This document shows, piece after piece, positions 47,312 through 57,947 of a stretch of DNA of 64,000 nucleotides. The notes under the pieces are model-generated. The model ran no database searches. It was not told the origin of the DNA and was given only the letters and a program-made list of their open reading frames with translations. Source of the DNA: a virus (lineage: Duplodnaviria > Heunggongvirae > Uroviricota > Caudoviricetes); the IMG/VR virus record IMGVR_UViG_3300011008_000003; one strand, written 5' to 3'. Each line of letters opens with the position of its first letter. Position 1 is the stretch's first letter. A program made the translations under genes and the position numbers.

Positions 47312-47328
47312 CTTTTAATTAAACAAGA

Positions 47329-50091
47329 TTAATTATCTTGATAATATTGAACGTTAATTATATTACGTAAGCAAGCACGTTCCATTTGTGTGCTGAAATT
47401 CGTAATATTATTGTTATTGTCGAGAATGGAGTCACAAATACCAGGTTTAATCTTCGGATAAATATCCATAATCAAATTAGTGATATGTTCCCATTCACCG
47501 TCATAGATATTAGAATCTGCCTTAATTTTACCAGCATAATAGGTATCGATAATCTTCGGAACAAGGTAGTTCCAGAAAGAATTTTCAGATAATGTCATTT
47601 CATTATCGAGACTAATGCTACCTTTACGCATAATGGTTTCTTCACGTGTATTAACATTACTGGAAGTAACAGTATAAGGCAAATAAATTGCACGCTGGGC
47701 AGAAGTAATAGTATAAAGCTTATTAGCAAGCCAGTCATCGACAAGCGATTGAATAGATTTAATTTGGTCAGGAGCCAGATTATATTCATCGGTCTTATAC
47801 GGAGAGAATGTCGTACTAGAATAGAAGTCATTAGTATTCGGAAGAACGATGTTGAATTGTTCAATATTATCAAAATCAACCGTACCATCTTGTAATGCTT
47901 TCGGAGTCAAGACGATAAAGTTTTCATTTTCTGAAACTTCAGCAGAGAATGTATTAGTTTGAATAATAACTTTAGTATCAGCACCGCTTTTAGTTTCGGT
48001 TTTTAGAATGTCGATTTCGATATTTCTTTCTTCAAACATCTTAGCGAACATCTTATTACCGTAAGCATCAATATTCGGAATCTTAACTTCATTCCACCAG
48101 AAATCACCATGGTCTCTTTTCAATTGTGCTTCTTTTGTAAGTCCACCAGCAGATTCAGTATAGCTATTGAGAACTGTTGTATAGGTTTCAAGAGATTTGT
48201 TCTGAATGAATTCATAACCCGGAGAAACCTTCTTATTCCAGAAATACTTCTTAAGGTCAGATTTAATAAGTTCAGAAACTTTGAAATCAATATCAGTAGA
48301 AACAGTTGCCGGATGTTCGTTATAAAGCTTTATAATTTCAGATTTATAAATCTTTTTATGCGTAGAAACACGAGAATCGAGATATTCATAAACACGATTC
48401 TTCATTTCGTTCATGTATGCTTCAATATCAGTTAACGGCTTAACATAGACAGTACCGACAGCATCAAAATATTGAACATATGGAGGCAAAGAGAAGATAA
48501 CAGAGTTAATTTCAGAATTAAATTGACAATTCTTATTGATTAACTGAATATTACGTAGCCATTGGTCTTGCGGATTTTCAGAATATTGACAATTATAGAA
48601 ACCCTGATAAGACTTTAGCAATTTGATATAGTCGCAAAGATGTTCAAGATACTTGTTGCCATAAAGCGAGAATGTATCTGTTGTATTGTAGTCGTCTTCT
48701 GTAAGAACATTTCTAACTGTCCAGTTACCATTTGGGTTCTTAAGATATAAATGACCCATGAGGCAGTAAATAATGTTATTCTGACAAAGCGGATGCAGGA
48801 ATCCGATTGTATCTTCAATATCGTGCTGACCGAATACCATGGCAGTCTGAACTGTCATCGGGCTAGAAAGTGCACGGAAGTAAGACATATAATCGTCACG
48901 TGTAATAAGCTTGCCACGAGAAGAGAAATATGCAGGAGCATTGATTTTCATGCTTGCCTGACTTTCAAAATTTTCACCACCGTAAATGTCAGAATTGATA
49001 ATGAACTGAACGTTATTAGTTAAAGAAACAATACTACCCTTGACAGAAACGTTAATCTGGTTGTTATGCGTCATAACGGCACCATTTACGCCGACAGTAT
49101 TAGCTTCCTTGCCTTTTGTAGTAAGATATTTAACATAAAGATTATCCTTATCAGACTTTAAACCGATACTAGCAATATTCGGTTCAGAACTGAAAGTAAC
49201 ACGAACAGTTTTATCCGGGTTCGTATCGATGAGACAAATTTTAAGCGGTTCTTCTGGAAGAGTACCATTTAAATTGATAATGTCGTCACTGAGGTAAATG
49301 GATTGGGTTTCAATCTTATAGATATTTTCCTTATTGAATGCGTCAACTTCGTCAGCGCCGATACCTACCTGACACCAGCTGAGGGTTGGGTCATAGACAT
49401 TTTCAATAAATGCATACGGGTCACGCTTACCATACCAGTTAGAGAAATTGACATCATCGACATCATAGAACTGACAAGGTTCGCCAAGTTTCTTGATATT
49501 GGCAGTTCCGAGGAATTCAACAATTTTCTGTTCTGCCTGGAAACATTTAATCGGGGTTGTATTAACTGTATTATAAAGGTTGATGCCGATTAACGGGATA
49601 TATTCGCTTGATTCTTGTGGAACGGCAAAAGTCAAATCTCTATACCAGTCAGAAGAGGTACCGTTGATAATATCTTCTTCGGTAAATACATAGCTATATC
49701 CGTTGTCGAGAATAAACGGATTTCCGTTGAACATAAGCTTCGTAGTATCACGGTTAAAGAAAACTTCAGTACCAGCAGTCAATGTAGCTGGAAGAGGACC
49801 TTTAATTCTGATAACAAGTTCACAACGTGCAGGTACTGGACGTCTCGGATTATATCCAAGATTTTTACAATGCTTGATTATGCTAGAATCGAGCTTAGCC
49901 GTAGAAATAAAACCTTCTTCAGCGGTACGCTGGATATAGAAGTTGGTCATATCGGTAACAGCGGCAAGCATTTCAGTGAACATGCCGAAAATCGTTGCCG
50001 AGGTTATGTTTTTAAAGCGCGGATCTGATTTTAATCTTGCTTGAAACTGCTGTACAAGCTGATTATATGTAACGTTCAAGTAATTAAGCAT
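47329..50091 (-). CDS. 6: Baseplate wedge subunit (T4 gp6-like)
   Basis: FGMFTEMLA..TDMTNFYIQRTAEEGFISTAKL.SSIIKHCKNLGYNPRRPVPA; GGENFESQASMKINAPAYFSSRGKLITRDDY. Confidence 0.9.
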   Translation of the reverse strand: MLNYLNVTYNQLVQQFQARLKSDPRFKNITSATIFGMFTEMLAAVTDMTNFYIQRTAEEGFISTAKLDSSIIKHCKNLGYNPRRPVPARCELVIRIKGPLPATLTAGTEVFFNRDTTKLMFNGNPFILDNGYSYVFTEEDIINGTSSDWYRDLTFAVPQESSEYIPLIGINLYNTVNTTPIKCFQAEQKIVEFLGTANIKKLGEPCQFYDVDDVNFSNWYGKRDPYAFIENVYDPTLSWCQVGIGADEVDAFNKENIYKIETQSIYLSDDIINLNGTLPEEPLKICLIDTNPDKTVRVTFSSEPNIASIGLKSDKDNLYVKYLTTKGKEANTVGVNGAVMTHNNQINVSVKGSIVSLTNNVQFIINSDIYGGENFESQASMKINAPAYFSSRGKLITRDDYMSYFRALSSPMTVQTAMVFGQHDIEDTIGFLHPLCQNNIIYCLMGHLYLKNPNGNWTVRNVLTEDDYNTTDTFSLYGNKYLEHLCDYIKLLKSYQGFYNCQYSENPQDQWLRNIQLINKNCQFNSEINSVIFSLPPYVQYFDAVGTVYVKPLTDIEAYMNEMKNRVYEYLDSRVSTHKKIYKSEIIKLYNEHPATVSTDIDFKVSELIKSDLKKYFWNKKVSPGYEFIQNKSLETYTTVLNSYTESAGGLTKEAQLKRDHGDFWWNEVKIPNIDAYGNKMFAKMFEERNIEIDILKTETKSGADTKVIIQTNTFSAEVSENENFIVLTPKALQDGTVDFDNIEQFNIVLPNTNDFYSSTTFSPYKTDEYNLAPDQIKSIQSLVDDWLANKLYTITSAQRAIYLPYTVTSSNVNTREETIMRKGSISLDNEMTLSENSFWNYLVPKIIDTYYAGKIKADSNIYDGEWEHITNLIMDIYPKIKPGICDSILDNNNNITNFSTQMERACLRNIINVQYYQDN

Positions 50092-50200
50092 CTATAACCT
50101 TCAATTTTATATTATTTATAGTATTTGGTATAGAGGCTAAGAAAATGACGTAATCAAAAGGAGGATATTATAAATAATACAAAACAGTTAAGGTAAAAAC

Positions 50201-51826
50201 GTGAATTTAAATTTTCTTAATCCATTTAGTAGCAGCTTCTTAAAAACTTCGCCGGAACACAGTGAAATCCGTGCAAGGGAGGCAGCTCGTAACTCATACG
50301 GTAAAATCGAAGACACCATTGACTGGTCTGCTTTGTCAAACGCCTACGGGAATACATTTGATGATCCCGCTAATCCGCGAGACACAACCCAGATTTATTT
50401 TGACCAAATTTATATAAACAAGTGGCAGAAGATTAGCTGGTATCGTTCCATGGCGATGTACCCGCTTATCGGTAAAGGTTTGAATATTATTACCGACGAA
50501 GCAGTTTGCCCAGACGCACTTGGTAATGTCGCAATGTTTGACATCAAGGAACCGTATAAGCAGAAGTTTACTGCTACAGAATATGCAACCTTGAAGATGG
50601 AATTTGATTATATTGTTGAATGTGTATTTGGACAGGAAAATATATGGAATTTGTTCCATAAGTGGTTACAGGATGCCGAACTCTTTTTGGAAATTGCGTT
50701 GAATGACAATGGAGATAAAGTGGTCGGCATTAATACATTGGCACCTTATGCGATGTTGGTCATTTATGACAGGGATTCCGATAATATTAACGGATTTATC
50801 GAAAATGTAAACTATCTTAATCAGGCACAGATACAAGACAAGAATACTGAAATTCGTCGTTTCTTGCCGAACCAGATTGCATATGTTCGTTATCCGATTA
50901 CTTGGAATAACCGTAATGACGTTCGCGGACATTTGGAACGTTCTATTCGACCGTTGAACCAGCTTAGAAATATTGAAGATGCATTGACGGTTTATCGTAT
51001 TACTCGTGCAACTGAACACCGTGTATTTAACATTTATACTGGTCGTCGTCCGCCTGACAAGGCTGCTGCTTATGTTCAGGAAGTTCGTAATAAGTATCGT
51101 AAGAATTTGACTCTCGATAATACTACTGGTATGGTCAATGCAGTCAAGAATACTCAGGCTATGACTGAAGACTTCTTCTTCTCGAAGGACGACTCTGGCC
51201 AGCAGTCCTCTGTTGAAACATTTGCTTCCGGTTCTACATTTGACGGTCAGATTCAAGACCTTTATATGTTCCAGAAGATGGTTATGGACGGTATGTTTAT
51301 TCCGCAAAATCGTTGGAAGTCTGATGAACTTAGCGGTGCAAATTATAATCAGGGTATTGAATCTGCAAACCTTGAAGAAGTCGCATTCCAGCGTTGCTGC
51401 CGTCGTCTTCGTAGGGCTTTTGCTGATGTAATTAGGCAGGTATTCCTTGTTCATCTTCGTGTTCGTGGATATAAGGAAAAGTTCCTCGATAAGGCAATCT
51501 ATAATATCGATCTTCATCCGGCAACTGACTTCGAACGTATGCGTGACCTTGCTCTTGCAGAAAAACGTGGTTCTGTTCTTTCTATGCTTTCTCAGTTCTT
51601 GCCGACGACAACGAATATTAAGCCGGGTAGTGAAGAACTTGCTCCGTTGTTCTCTAAGCAATACTTCATGGAAAAGATTCTTGGTATGTCCACACAGGAT
51701 ATTCTTATGAATAATAAGATGCTTGAACAGGAAATCAAGCAGATGAATGAAGAAGCTGAAGCCGCAGCTGCTGCAGGTGGCGGAGAAGGTGAAAATCCTG
51801 ATGAAGGCGGAGACTTAGGATTTTAA
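50201..51826 (+). CDS. 20: Portal protein (T4 gp20-like), GTG start
   Basis: YRSMAMYP.I..G..II.DEAV, LERSIRPLNQLRNIEDALTVYRITRATEHRVFNIYTG, MTEDFFF. Confidence 0.95.
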   Translation: MNLNFLNPFSSSFLKTSPEHSEIRAREAARNSYGKIEDTIDWSALSNAYGNTFDDPANPRDTTQIYFDQIYINKWQKISWYRSMAMYPLIGKGLNIITDEAVCPDALGNVAMFDIKEPYKQKFTATEYATLKMEFDYIVECVFGQENIWNLFHKWLQDAELFLEIALNDNGDKVVGINTLAPYAMLVIYDRDSDNINGFIENVNYLNQAQIQDKNTEIRRFLPNQIAYVRYPITWNNRNDVRGHLERSIRPLNQLRNIEDALTVYRITRATEHRVFNIYTGRRPPDKAAAYVQEVRNKYRKNLTLDNTTGMVNAVKNTQAMTEDFFFSKDDSGQQSSVETFASGSTFDGQIQDLYMFQKMVMDGMFIPQNRWKSDELSGANYNQGIESANLEEVAFQRCCRRLRRAFADVIRQVFLVHLRVRGYKEKFLDKAIYNIDLHPATDFERMRDLALAEKRGSVLSMLSQFLPTTTNIKPGSEELAPLFSKQYFMEKILGMSTQDILMNNKMLEQEIKQMNEEAEAAAAAGGGEGENPDEGGDLGF

Positions 51827-51838
51827 TAATTAGGAGTA

Positions 51839-52174
51839 ATGATGTTTGAAGCAATAAATCAAAAATATAAAAAGCAACGTATGCTGGCAGAAGCGAAAGA
51901 ACTGTTAAAAGAAAACGGTTATACGCTTTTGCTGGAAACTCCAGTAGAAAAATTTGAAGATACTGAAAGCAAACAATTTCTTCTTGACGTTATAGACAAT
52001 TTGGAAACATATGGTTATACAGAAAAAGAAGAAATTGACCATTTAGATAGTCTTAAAGGATATATCTGGAATGAGTTGAATAAATTGGCAAGAAGCTTTA
52101 GTATTCAGAAAATAATTCAATATCTAGCTAGATTAGGATTATATCATGATAATGGAGCTGCTCAGCATGCATAA
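51839..52174 (+). CDS. Hypothetical protein with shared LxEA..GY leader
   Basis: MLAEAKELLKENGYTLLLET; GGAG RBS. Confidence 0.75.
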   Translation: MMFEAINQKYKKQRMLAEAKELLKENGYTLLLETPVEKFEDTESKQFLLDVIDNLETYGYTEKEEIDHLDSLKGYIWNELNKLARSFSIQKIIQYLARLGLYHDNGAAQHA

Positions 52175-52179
52175 TTAAA

Positions 52180-52203
52180 AAGACCGGTTATTTAACCGGT
52201 CTT
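52180..52203. terminator. Bidirectional intrinsic terminator
   Basis: AAGACCGGTTA/TAACCGGTCTT between convergent genes. Confidence 0.75.
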
Positions 52204-52208
52204 AATTT

Positions 52209-53210
52209 TTAAGATTCATAATATTTTAGTAGTGATTTTAGCGGCATATCGAAATAACTTAATTCAGAATTTTCATTTTCGCCGCAATAATGGTAATAAT
52301 GCCAGAGTAGTTTATAAATTGTTTCATCACTAGAATTTTTAGAAACGAATAAGTTATAAAGGTCAAATACTGGTATAGGGAACCATACATAATCTTCCTC
52401 ATTATCAGTATCAAGGTCTGGCGTATGCTCAAGCATGAATTCAAGAGCACTGTTGATATTATGACCCTCACAAGTCAGTAAGCGATAGTCATCACCACCG
52501 AATTCATCCATATACTGTTTATCCCAAGGAATACGTTCAGTATCATCAGAATCGCCTGTAATTTTAGAAAGCGGAATTCCATTTTCATAATAATCTTCAA
52601 GTGTTTCGATGTCATTCTTGGAAATAGCATATGCGATAGGATCACGAGGAGTAGCAGCTACTCCGTCAGCACCAGTTGGTTGACCAAGAAGTTCAGTACC
52701 GCAATGATGTAATTGACGCAATTTATCGAAATTTTCATCCGGTTCTGGGTCTTCCGGTTTGCCGCATTCATATTCAAATTCGCGTCTTGCTTCTTCTTCA
52801 TCTTCAAGGAAACCTTCATTTGCACTATAAAGATTGGCAAGTTCCTTCGCAACAGAAATAGGATCAGCACCATCTTCAATAAATTGCTTGATTTGTTCAC
52901 GATGATTTCTGTAATAATTATATGGTCCATCTTCGCCCATATCGAAGAGTTCATCAAGAACACCATCGATGAAATCTGCATCAGATTCTACAGATTCACG
53001 AATTCCATGGAATTTATAATTTCCGATACCGCGGCCAATTTCAAATTTGATACATTGTGCGGCAAAATCCGGCGAGACAGTAGAAGAATCATTGCTAAAA
53101 TAATCAGTAATGAGGTTCATGATAGCATTGAGATTCTTTGAGGTATCAACTCCGTATTTCTTGAGCCAATGCATTACTTTTGCCGTATATTTTTCAAAGG
53201 CTGTTCTCAT
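52209..53210 (-). CDS. Hypothetical acidic protein, possible degenerate ankyrin-like repeats
   Basis: DPIAYAISKNDIETLEDYYENGIPL and NSALEFMLEHTPDLD segments. Confidence 0.65.
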   Translation of the reverse strand: MRTAFEKYTAKVMHWLKKYGVDTSKNLNAIMNLITDYFSNDSSTVSPDFAAQCIKFEIGRGIGNYKFHGIRESVESDADFIDGVLDELFDMGEDGPYNYYRNHREQIKQFIEDGADPISVAKELANLYSANEGFLEDEEEARREFEYECGKPEDPEPDENFDKLRQLHHCGTELLGQPTGADGVAATPRDPIAYAISKNDIETLEDYYENGIPLSKITGDSDDTERIPWDKQYMDEFGGDDYRLLTCEGHNINSALEFMLEHTPDLDTDNEEDYVWFPIPVFDLYNLFVSKNSSDETIYKLLWHYYHYCGENENSELSYFDMPLKSLLKYYES

Positions 53211-53977
53211 AGTAAGTTCCTATATTGTTCATTAAATGTTTTAAAGATATTGGCATAAAGTTGAATATTACTTGCCGTTTCTTTAGAACTAAACTTGCTT
53301 ACACCGGTTTCATCCGGTTCAAGGAAGTCAATCCTTAATTTTACAGTACAAAAGACAGAAGTACGATTAAGTGTATATCCGAGAATTTCTAAACGGTTTG
53401 CATTATCGACATTCTGTTTGATATATGGACGAAAATACTTGTCAAGTTGCATAAGATAGCTCTTGACGTCAGTATTGATTTCATTAGCCATATCGAAAAG
53501 CTTGATACGAAGAATGGCAAATGCTTCACCTTTCTTAGTTTCTACATCCTTAAGTGCAACACCGTCAATGTTATGGACAATGAAAAGCAACTTATTACGG
53601 AGAAGAACATCGTCAATCTGGAGCTGTTTGCCAACTTTTACAGTATTTTTGTCGAGCTGTTCAAGAATATAATCTGCACATTCTGTACTATTATAGCCGT
53701 CATTGTACATGTCAATAACGTCTTCGTTAAGCTCGCGTGGCATTTTCTTGATAGTATAGCCGGATTTCTTAACGATATTGGCGACTGACTTGAGATAGCG
53801 GTTGAACATTTTTTCAATATTACTGCTTTCGTTCATACTACGCAATGACATGACATAGTTTTTCGGGTCGACACCGTTGATGTACGACTCGAAAAGCCCG
53901 TCAAGGTCAAGCTTTATATCTGTATGCTTACGGGAAATAATTTTTTCAACAGTAGATTTATATTGAAGAAAATCCAT
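53207..53977 (-). CDS. Hypothetical protein (256 aa)
   Basis: Cotranscribed after the tail tube gene. Confidence 0.75.
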   Translation of the reverse strand: MDFLQYKSTVEKIISRKHTDIKLDLDGLFESYINGVDPKNYVMSLRSMNESSNIEKMFNRYLKSVANIVKKSGYTIKKMPRELNEDVIDMYNDGYNSTECADYILEQLDKNTVKVGKQLQIDDVLLRNKLLFIVHNIDGVALKDVETKKGEAFAILRIKLFDMANEINTDVKSYLMQLDKYFRPYIKQNVDNANRLEILGYTLNRTSVFCTVKLRIDFLEPDETGVSKFSSKETASNIQLYANIFKTFNEQYRNLL

Positions 53978-53979
53978 TA

Positions 53980-54582
53980 TTACTCGTCAGTTCTGATAAT
54001 TTCGAAGTTAGAGTATGAGAATGTTGCAGAACGTGTAACCTTACCATCGGCATTGTGGTCAAGACCGAAATCAGAGATGGTCTTCGGCCAGCAACGGTAG
54101 AGATACCATTTAACCGGAAGAGCCTTCTTCAAGGTAGAGTCATAGAGCTTGATTTCGATAGTAGCGCAATAGTCGGCTGCGATGTTAGAAATAGCACCAC
54201 CGGTCATTTCATTGCTACCGCCACCAATATCCTGGCTGAAACCCTGGTTCATCAAGCAGTTTGCCCACTTGTGAAGCTGCTGAGAAACCATCATATCCTG
54301 GAATTCATCCCAAAGGATAGTCAAGTCACCAGAAACAGTTGCACGACCAGGATAGAGGAGCTTAGTGCCCATGTACTGGGTATCAAGTTCAGTAAAAGAC
54401 TTAGCCGGTAAAGAAGCCTGCCTTGCACGAATCATCAATTCGTTAGAATCGAGGATAGAAGCCAGTTCAGAACGAGTTTCAAAAATAAAACGGGTCTGGA
54501 AGAGGTATTGCTTGGCAAGGTCCGGCAAGGTAGAAAGATGTCCAAACACGGACATACTAGTATCAAAACGCTGATTCGCCAT
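53980..54582 (-). CDS. 19: Major tail tube protein (T4 gp19-like)
   Basis: KQYLFQTRF, RARQASLPAKS..ELDTQYMG....PGRATVSGDLTILW, LYRCWPKTISDFGLD....VTRSATFSY; highly expressed codon usage, GGAG RBS. Confidence 0.9.
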   Translation of the reverse strand: MANQRFDTSMSVFGHLSTLPDLAKQYLFQTRFIFETRSELASILDSNELMIRARQASLPAKSFTELDTQYMGTKLLYPGRATVSGDLTILWDEFQDMMVSQQLHKWANCLMNQGFSQDIGGGSNEMTGGAISNIAADYCATIEIKLYDSTLKKALPVKWYLYRCWPKTISDFGLDHNADGKVTRSATFSYSNFEIIRTDE

Positions 54583-54758
54583 TATAATTTCTCCTAAATT
54601 ATTTCTTTTTATTATTTATAATGGTGAACAGATATTTAGAGTTTTCATAAAAACATTTAGAAATTTTATAAATAATTTATATAAATCCAAATTTGTGAGT
54701 GAGTGAAATTCTGTTTATTTGTGTTTATTTAAGTTTATAAAATTATTTAGGAGAATTT

Positions 54759-57700
54759 ATGGCTAAATATTCAGTTCCAGGAATCCGTTTTACTGAGATA
54801 GATAACACTATCCGTGCGGAATCCGATCCGGGCTTGGGCATTGGTGCAATCGTTATGGCATCAAATAAAGGCCCTGTTAACCAGCGTGTGGTTACGAAGA
54901 ATTATAACGAATTTACCGAAATCTTCGGTAAACCGGAAACTCTTGAGAGTTACGGTCACTTCGCTGCTGAGAATTACTTCGCTAATTCCAACCAGCTTTT
55001 CGCAGTTCGTGCCACAATGGGTGACGAACAGTATGCACAGATTCAGTATAGCTACCGTGGCGCTCCGGTGACTGCTACCAACCAGTCTATCGATACTGCC
55101 AAGTTGACTTACGTCGACAAGGAAGCTGACAATAATCTTGTACTTTTGCAGCCGCTTTCTGCGGTTACTGTCGTTCAGTCTATGATTTCTGGCGGCGACT
55201 GGCAGTACGATGGCGGTGAAGAAGACCCGGATGGTGGTCAGTATGGTTTTGCTCTTAAGCAGAAGGCTTATTACAACCTGTTCTCTGACTTCAAGAAGGA
55301 AACTGAAGACCTTATCGTTTTCAAGGGTACAACCGACGACGGTTGGAAGGGCACTATCACTGAAGAAGGTGTTCGTGTTATTTACCCGACTTCTGTCGAT
55401 GTTAACGGTAATGACCCGCAGCTCGATACTAAGTTGAACTTCAGTGACGAAGGTTGGGAATCTTCCGCTGCACCTGAAAGCATTAGCATTGTTCCGAAGG
55501 GAAGCTTGTATAATATTGTCAGCATTGATGTCCCGGCATCTGCAACGCTTGACAAGGAACGCAACAAGATTACATTCTATAGCGATATTTCTGCAACTTC
55601 TGCTATTAGCGGTTGGACAGTTTCTGGTGTCGATTTCAAGGATGTCTTCAAGGATGATTATTTCCTTGGTGATTATGACTTCGAAACCGCTGACCCGGCT
55701 ACTGACAATTACGGTATTCTTGAAGCTCAGCGTATGGAAATCATGGACTGGGATCAGCCGGACCTTAAGAAGACTTACTACGTCGATAGCAAGGCATTTG
55801 AAGATACCTGTGCTCAGGCTTTCGGTATCAAGTATACTGAATGGTTCAATATCGATTCTAGCTATGCTATTGTCGGTAAGAAAGAACTTGACGAAGATGA
55901 AGGAACAGACTTCGTATTCTGTTCTGCAGTCTCTGCGATGTATACCAACAAGACTCAGAAGGAAGAATGGCTCGGTAACGATGATATTAAGGAACGTACT
56001 CCGCGTGAAGTTATCGTCGACATGATGGATTCTTACGGATGTAACGACATTTCTGATATTAACGATTACTACTACATGAAGTATCACGATGTATTTGCTG
56101 ACGCTACCATCGAAAAGATTGTCAAGGAACGTCCGGATTACTACAGCTCCAAGAAGCCGAAGAACCCGCCTGCAGACTATAATCCGCAGAATTTCCGTGA
56201 ACATGTTGAAGAATATCTGTTCTGGCTTTATTCCGAAAAGGGAACAAACGTTCTTACTAAGGAAAGCGTCTATCTCGCTGACGATACAGAACTTGTTAAG
56301 TTGCCAATCCAGGCCGGCTATACTATCAAGAAGGCCGATGACGAATATGTTACTTTGAATAATATTGTTGCTAGCCCGACTTCGTTCCTTGTCAACTCTG
56401 TCGATAAGACTTATGCTGACGGTTATACGGTTACGACCGACGCTGAAGATGAACCGGGTATCGGCGATATTGAACGTTATAATTCTGTGTTTGCTGACCA
56501 GCTTGTTATCGCTTCTATCGGACCTGGTGAATACGGTAACGACATCGGTGTTTCTATTATCACGACTGAATGTGAAAACATTCCGGCTCTTCATCACCAG
56601 AATGCCTTCCAGTGGAAGGATAAGTATGATGATGAAGACCAGATTAAGAAGGACACTTCTCCGTATAATCAGAACCCGCTCAACCTCATTTGGAAGAAGG
56701 TTTTCCGTATCAATGTCTACATCAAGACTAAGACTCAGACCGCTGAAGCCGCTTGGGGTACAGGTATGGATGCTCTCTTGAAGGATCCTGCAGAATCTTG
56801 GTGGGTTTCTACTGACCCGTATGCAAAGGACGGCGAAGGTAACAGCCTTTACGCTCCGGTTGTAATTAACGGTCATTCTGACTACATCTATGTTTCTCGT
56901 TCTTCTGCATCCGCCGCTGCTAACAAGAAGGGTGAATACGTCCAGCCGAACCAGACTTTCGCAATTTACAACCTCACCGGTGGTAAGAATTCTACCAAGA
57001 ATACGATTTCTGAAAAGGCTGCTGCTCTTAACTTCTATAACGATAGACAGCGTGCTAAGTTTGATATTCTCTTCAACGTCGACGCGGTTGATACCTTCAA
57101 CGGTCGTCAGAAGTATAACGCTCTCCAGCGTAAGATTGCTCAGATTGCTGCATCTCGTACCCAGGATATTGGTGTTGTTCAGGTTACTTCCAAGGCTGCA
57201 AAGACTGCTAAGCAGATGATTTCGGAAGCAAAGAACTTCTCCTTCAACAAGGGTGATTACGTAGCTGAATACGGTGGTTATGATAAGTATTACAACTCTG
57301 ACCTCGCTGCATGGATTTACCTGCCGAAGTCTGTTGCTGGTGCTTGCTCTATGGCTTACTGTGATAATTACTTCTATCCGTGGATGGCTCCGGCTGGTGT
57401 CGAACGCGGTACGATTAATTACACTAACGGTCAGTTGCTCCGTCTTACCGACGACGAAATCGGTCAGCTCTATGACAATAACGTTAACACGACTCGTGAC
57501 TGTGGCGGTTACGGTGTGGTTCTTTGGGGTCAGAGAACGGCTCTCAAGAAGAACAGCCTGCTCAACCGTATCAATGTCCGTCGTTGCTTGAACTATATCG
57601 AGAAGATTCTTGAAAACAAGATGACTCCGTACCTCTTCATGCAGAATAGTGTTAACACTCGTAGCTCCGCAAGAAATGATATTCGTAGCTTCCTCGAAAG

Positions 57701-57872
57701 AGTCAAGGCTGCTGAAGGTATCTATGACTTCGACTTGAGTGTTACTGCGGACCCGGATGATCCGACAATCATGAACGTTGCAATTCAGATTCAGCCGACA
57801 AGCGCAATCGAATTCATCGACATCAAGATTATCGTCAACCGTCAGTCTGGTGTTACTGTTGCTGAAGAGTAA
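54759..57872 (+). CDS. 18: Tail sheath protein (T4 gp18-like) with large insertion
   Basis: SVPGIRFTEID, KGPV, IFGKP; C-terminal WMAPAGVERG, LYDNNVN, VVLWGQRT, RINVRRCLNYIEK, PTSAIEFI. Confidence 0.95.
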   Translation: MAKYSVPGIRFTEIDNTIRAESDPGLGIGAIVMASNKGPVNQRVVTKNYNEFTEIFGKPETLESYGHFAAENYFANSNQLFAVRATMGDEQYAQIQYSYRGAPVTATNQSIDTAKLTYVDKEADNNLVLLQPLSAVTVVQSMISGGDWQYDGGEEDPDGGQYGFALKQKAYYNLFSDFKKETEDLIVFKGTTDDGWKGTITEEGVRVIYPTSVDVNGNDPQLDTKLNFSDEGWESSAAPESISIVPKGSLYNIVSIDVPASATLDKERNKITFYSDISATSAISGWTVSGVDFKDVFKDDYFLGDYDFETADPATDNYGILEAQRMEIMDWDQPDLKKTYYVDSKAFEDTCAQAFGIKYTEWFNIDSSYAIVGKKELDEDEGTDFVFCSAVSAMYTNKTQKEEWLGNDDIKERTPREVIVDMMDSYGCNDISDINDYYYMKYHDVFADATIEKIVKERPDYYSSKKPKNPPADYNPQNFREHVEEYLFWLYSEKGTNVLTKESVYLADDTELVKLPIQAGYTIKKADDEYVTLNNIVASPTSFLVNSVDKTYADGYTVTTDAEDEPGIGDIERYNSVFADQLVIASIGPGEYGNDIGVSIITTECENIPALHHQNAFQWKDKYDDEDQIKKDTSPYNQNPLNLIWKKVFRINVYIKTKTQTAEAAWGTGMDALLKDPAESWWVSTDPYAKDGEGNSLYAPVVINGHSDYIYVSRSSASAAANKKGEYVQPNQTFAIYNLTGGKNSTKNTISEKAAALNFYNDRQRAKFDILFNVDAVDTFNGRQKYNALQRKIAQIAASRTQDIGVVQVTSKAAKTAKQMISEAKNFSFNKGDYVAEYGGYDKYYNSDLAAWIYLPKSVAGACSMAYCDNYFYPWMAPAGVERGTINYTNGQLLRLTDDEIGQLYDNNVNTTRDCGGYGVVLWGQRTALKKNSLLNRINVRRCLNYIEKILENKMTPYLFMQNSVNTRSSARNDIRSFLERVKAAEGIYDFDLSVTADPDDPTIMNVAIQIQPTSAIEFIDIKIIVNRQSGVTVAEE

Positions 57873-57891
57873 TAGATTATGACAGAAATAC

Positions 57892-57918
57892 AAAAGGCAT
57901 CCGAAAGGATGTCCTTTT
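57892..57918 (+). terminator. Intrinsic terminator
   Basis: AAAAGG-CATCC-GAAA-GGATG-T-CCTTTT after the sheath gene. Confidence 0.75.
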
Positions 57919-57947
57919 GTTTTATATAAATAATTAGAGGTTTATAA

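Noticed and set aside
54861-57893. 1010-aa antisense ORF over the tail sheath gene
   Set aside because: It is in register with the sense codons; the highly biased sheath codon usage avoids TTA/CTA/TCA, which removes antisense stops. There is no RBS, promoter or protein-like motif.
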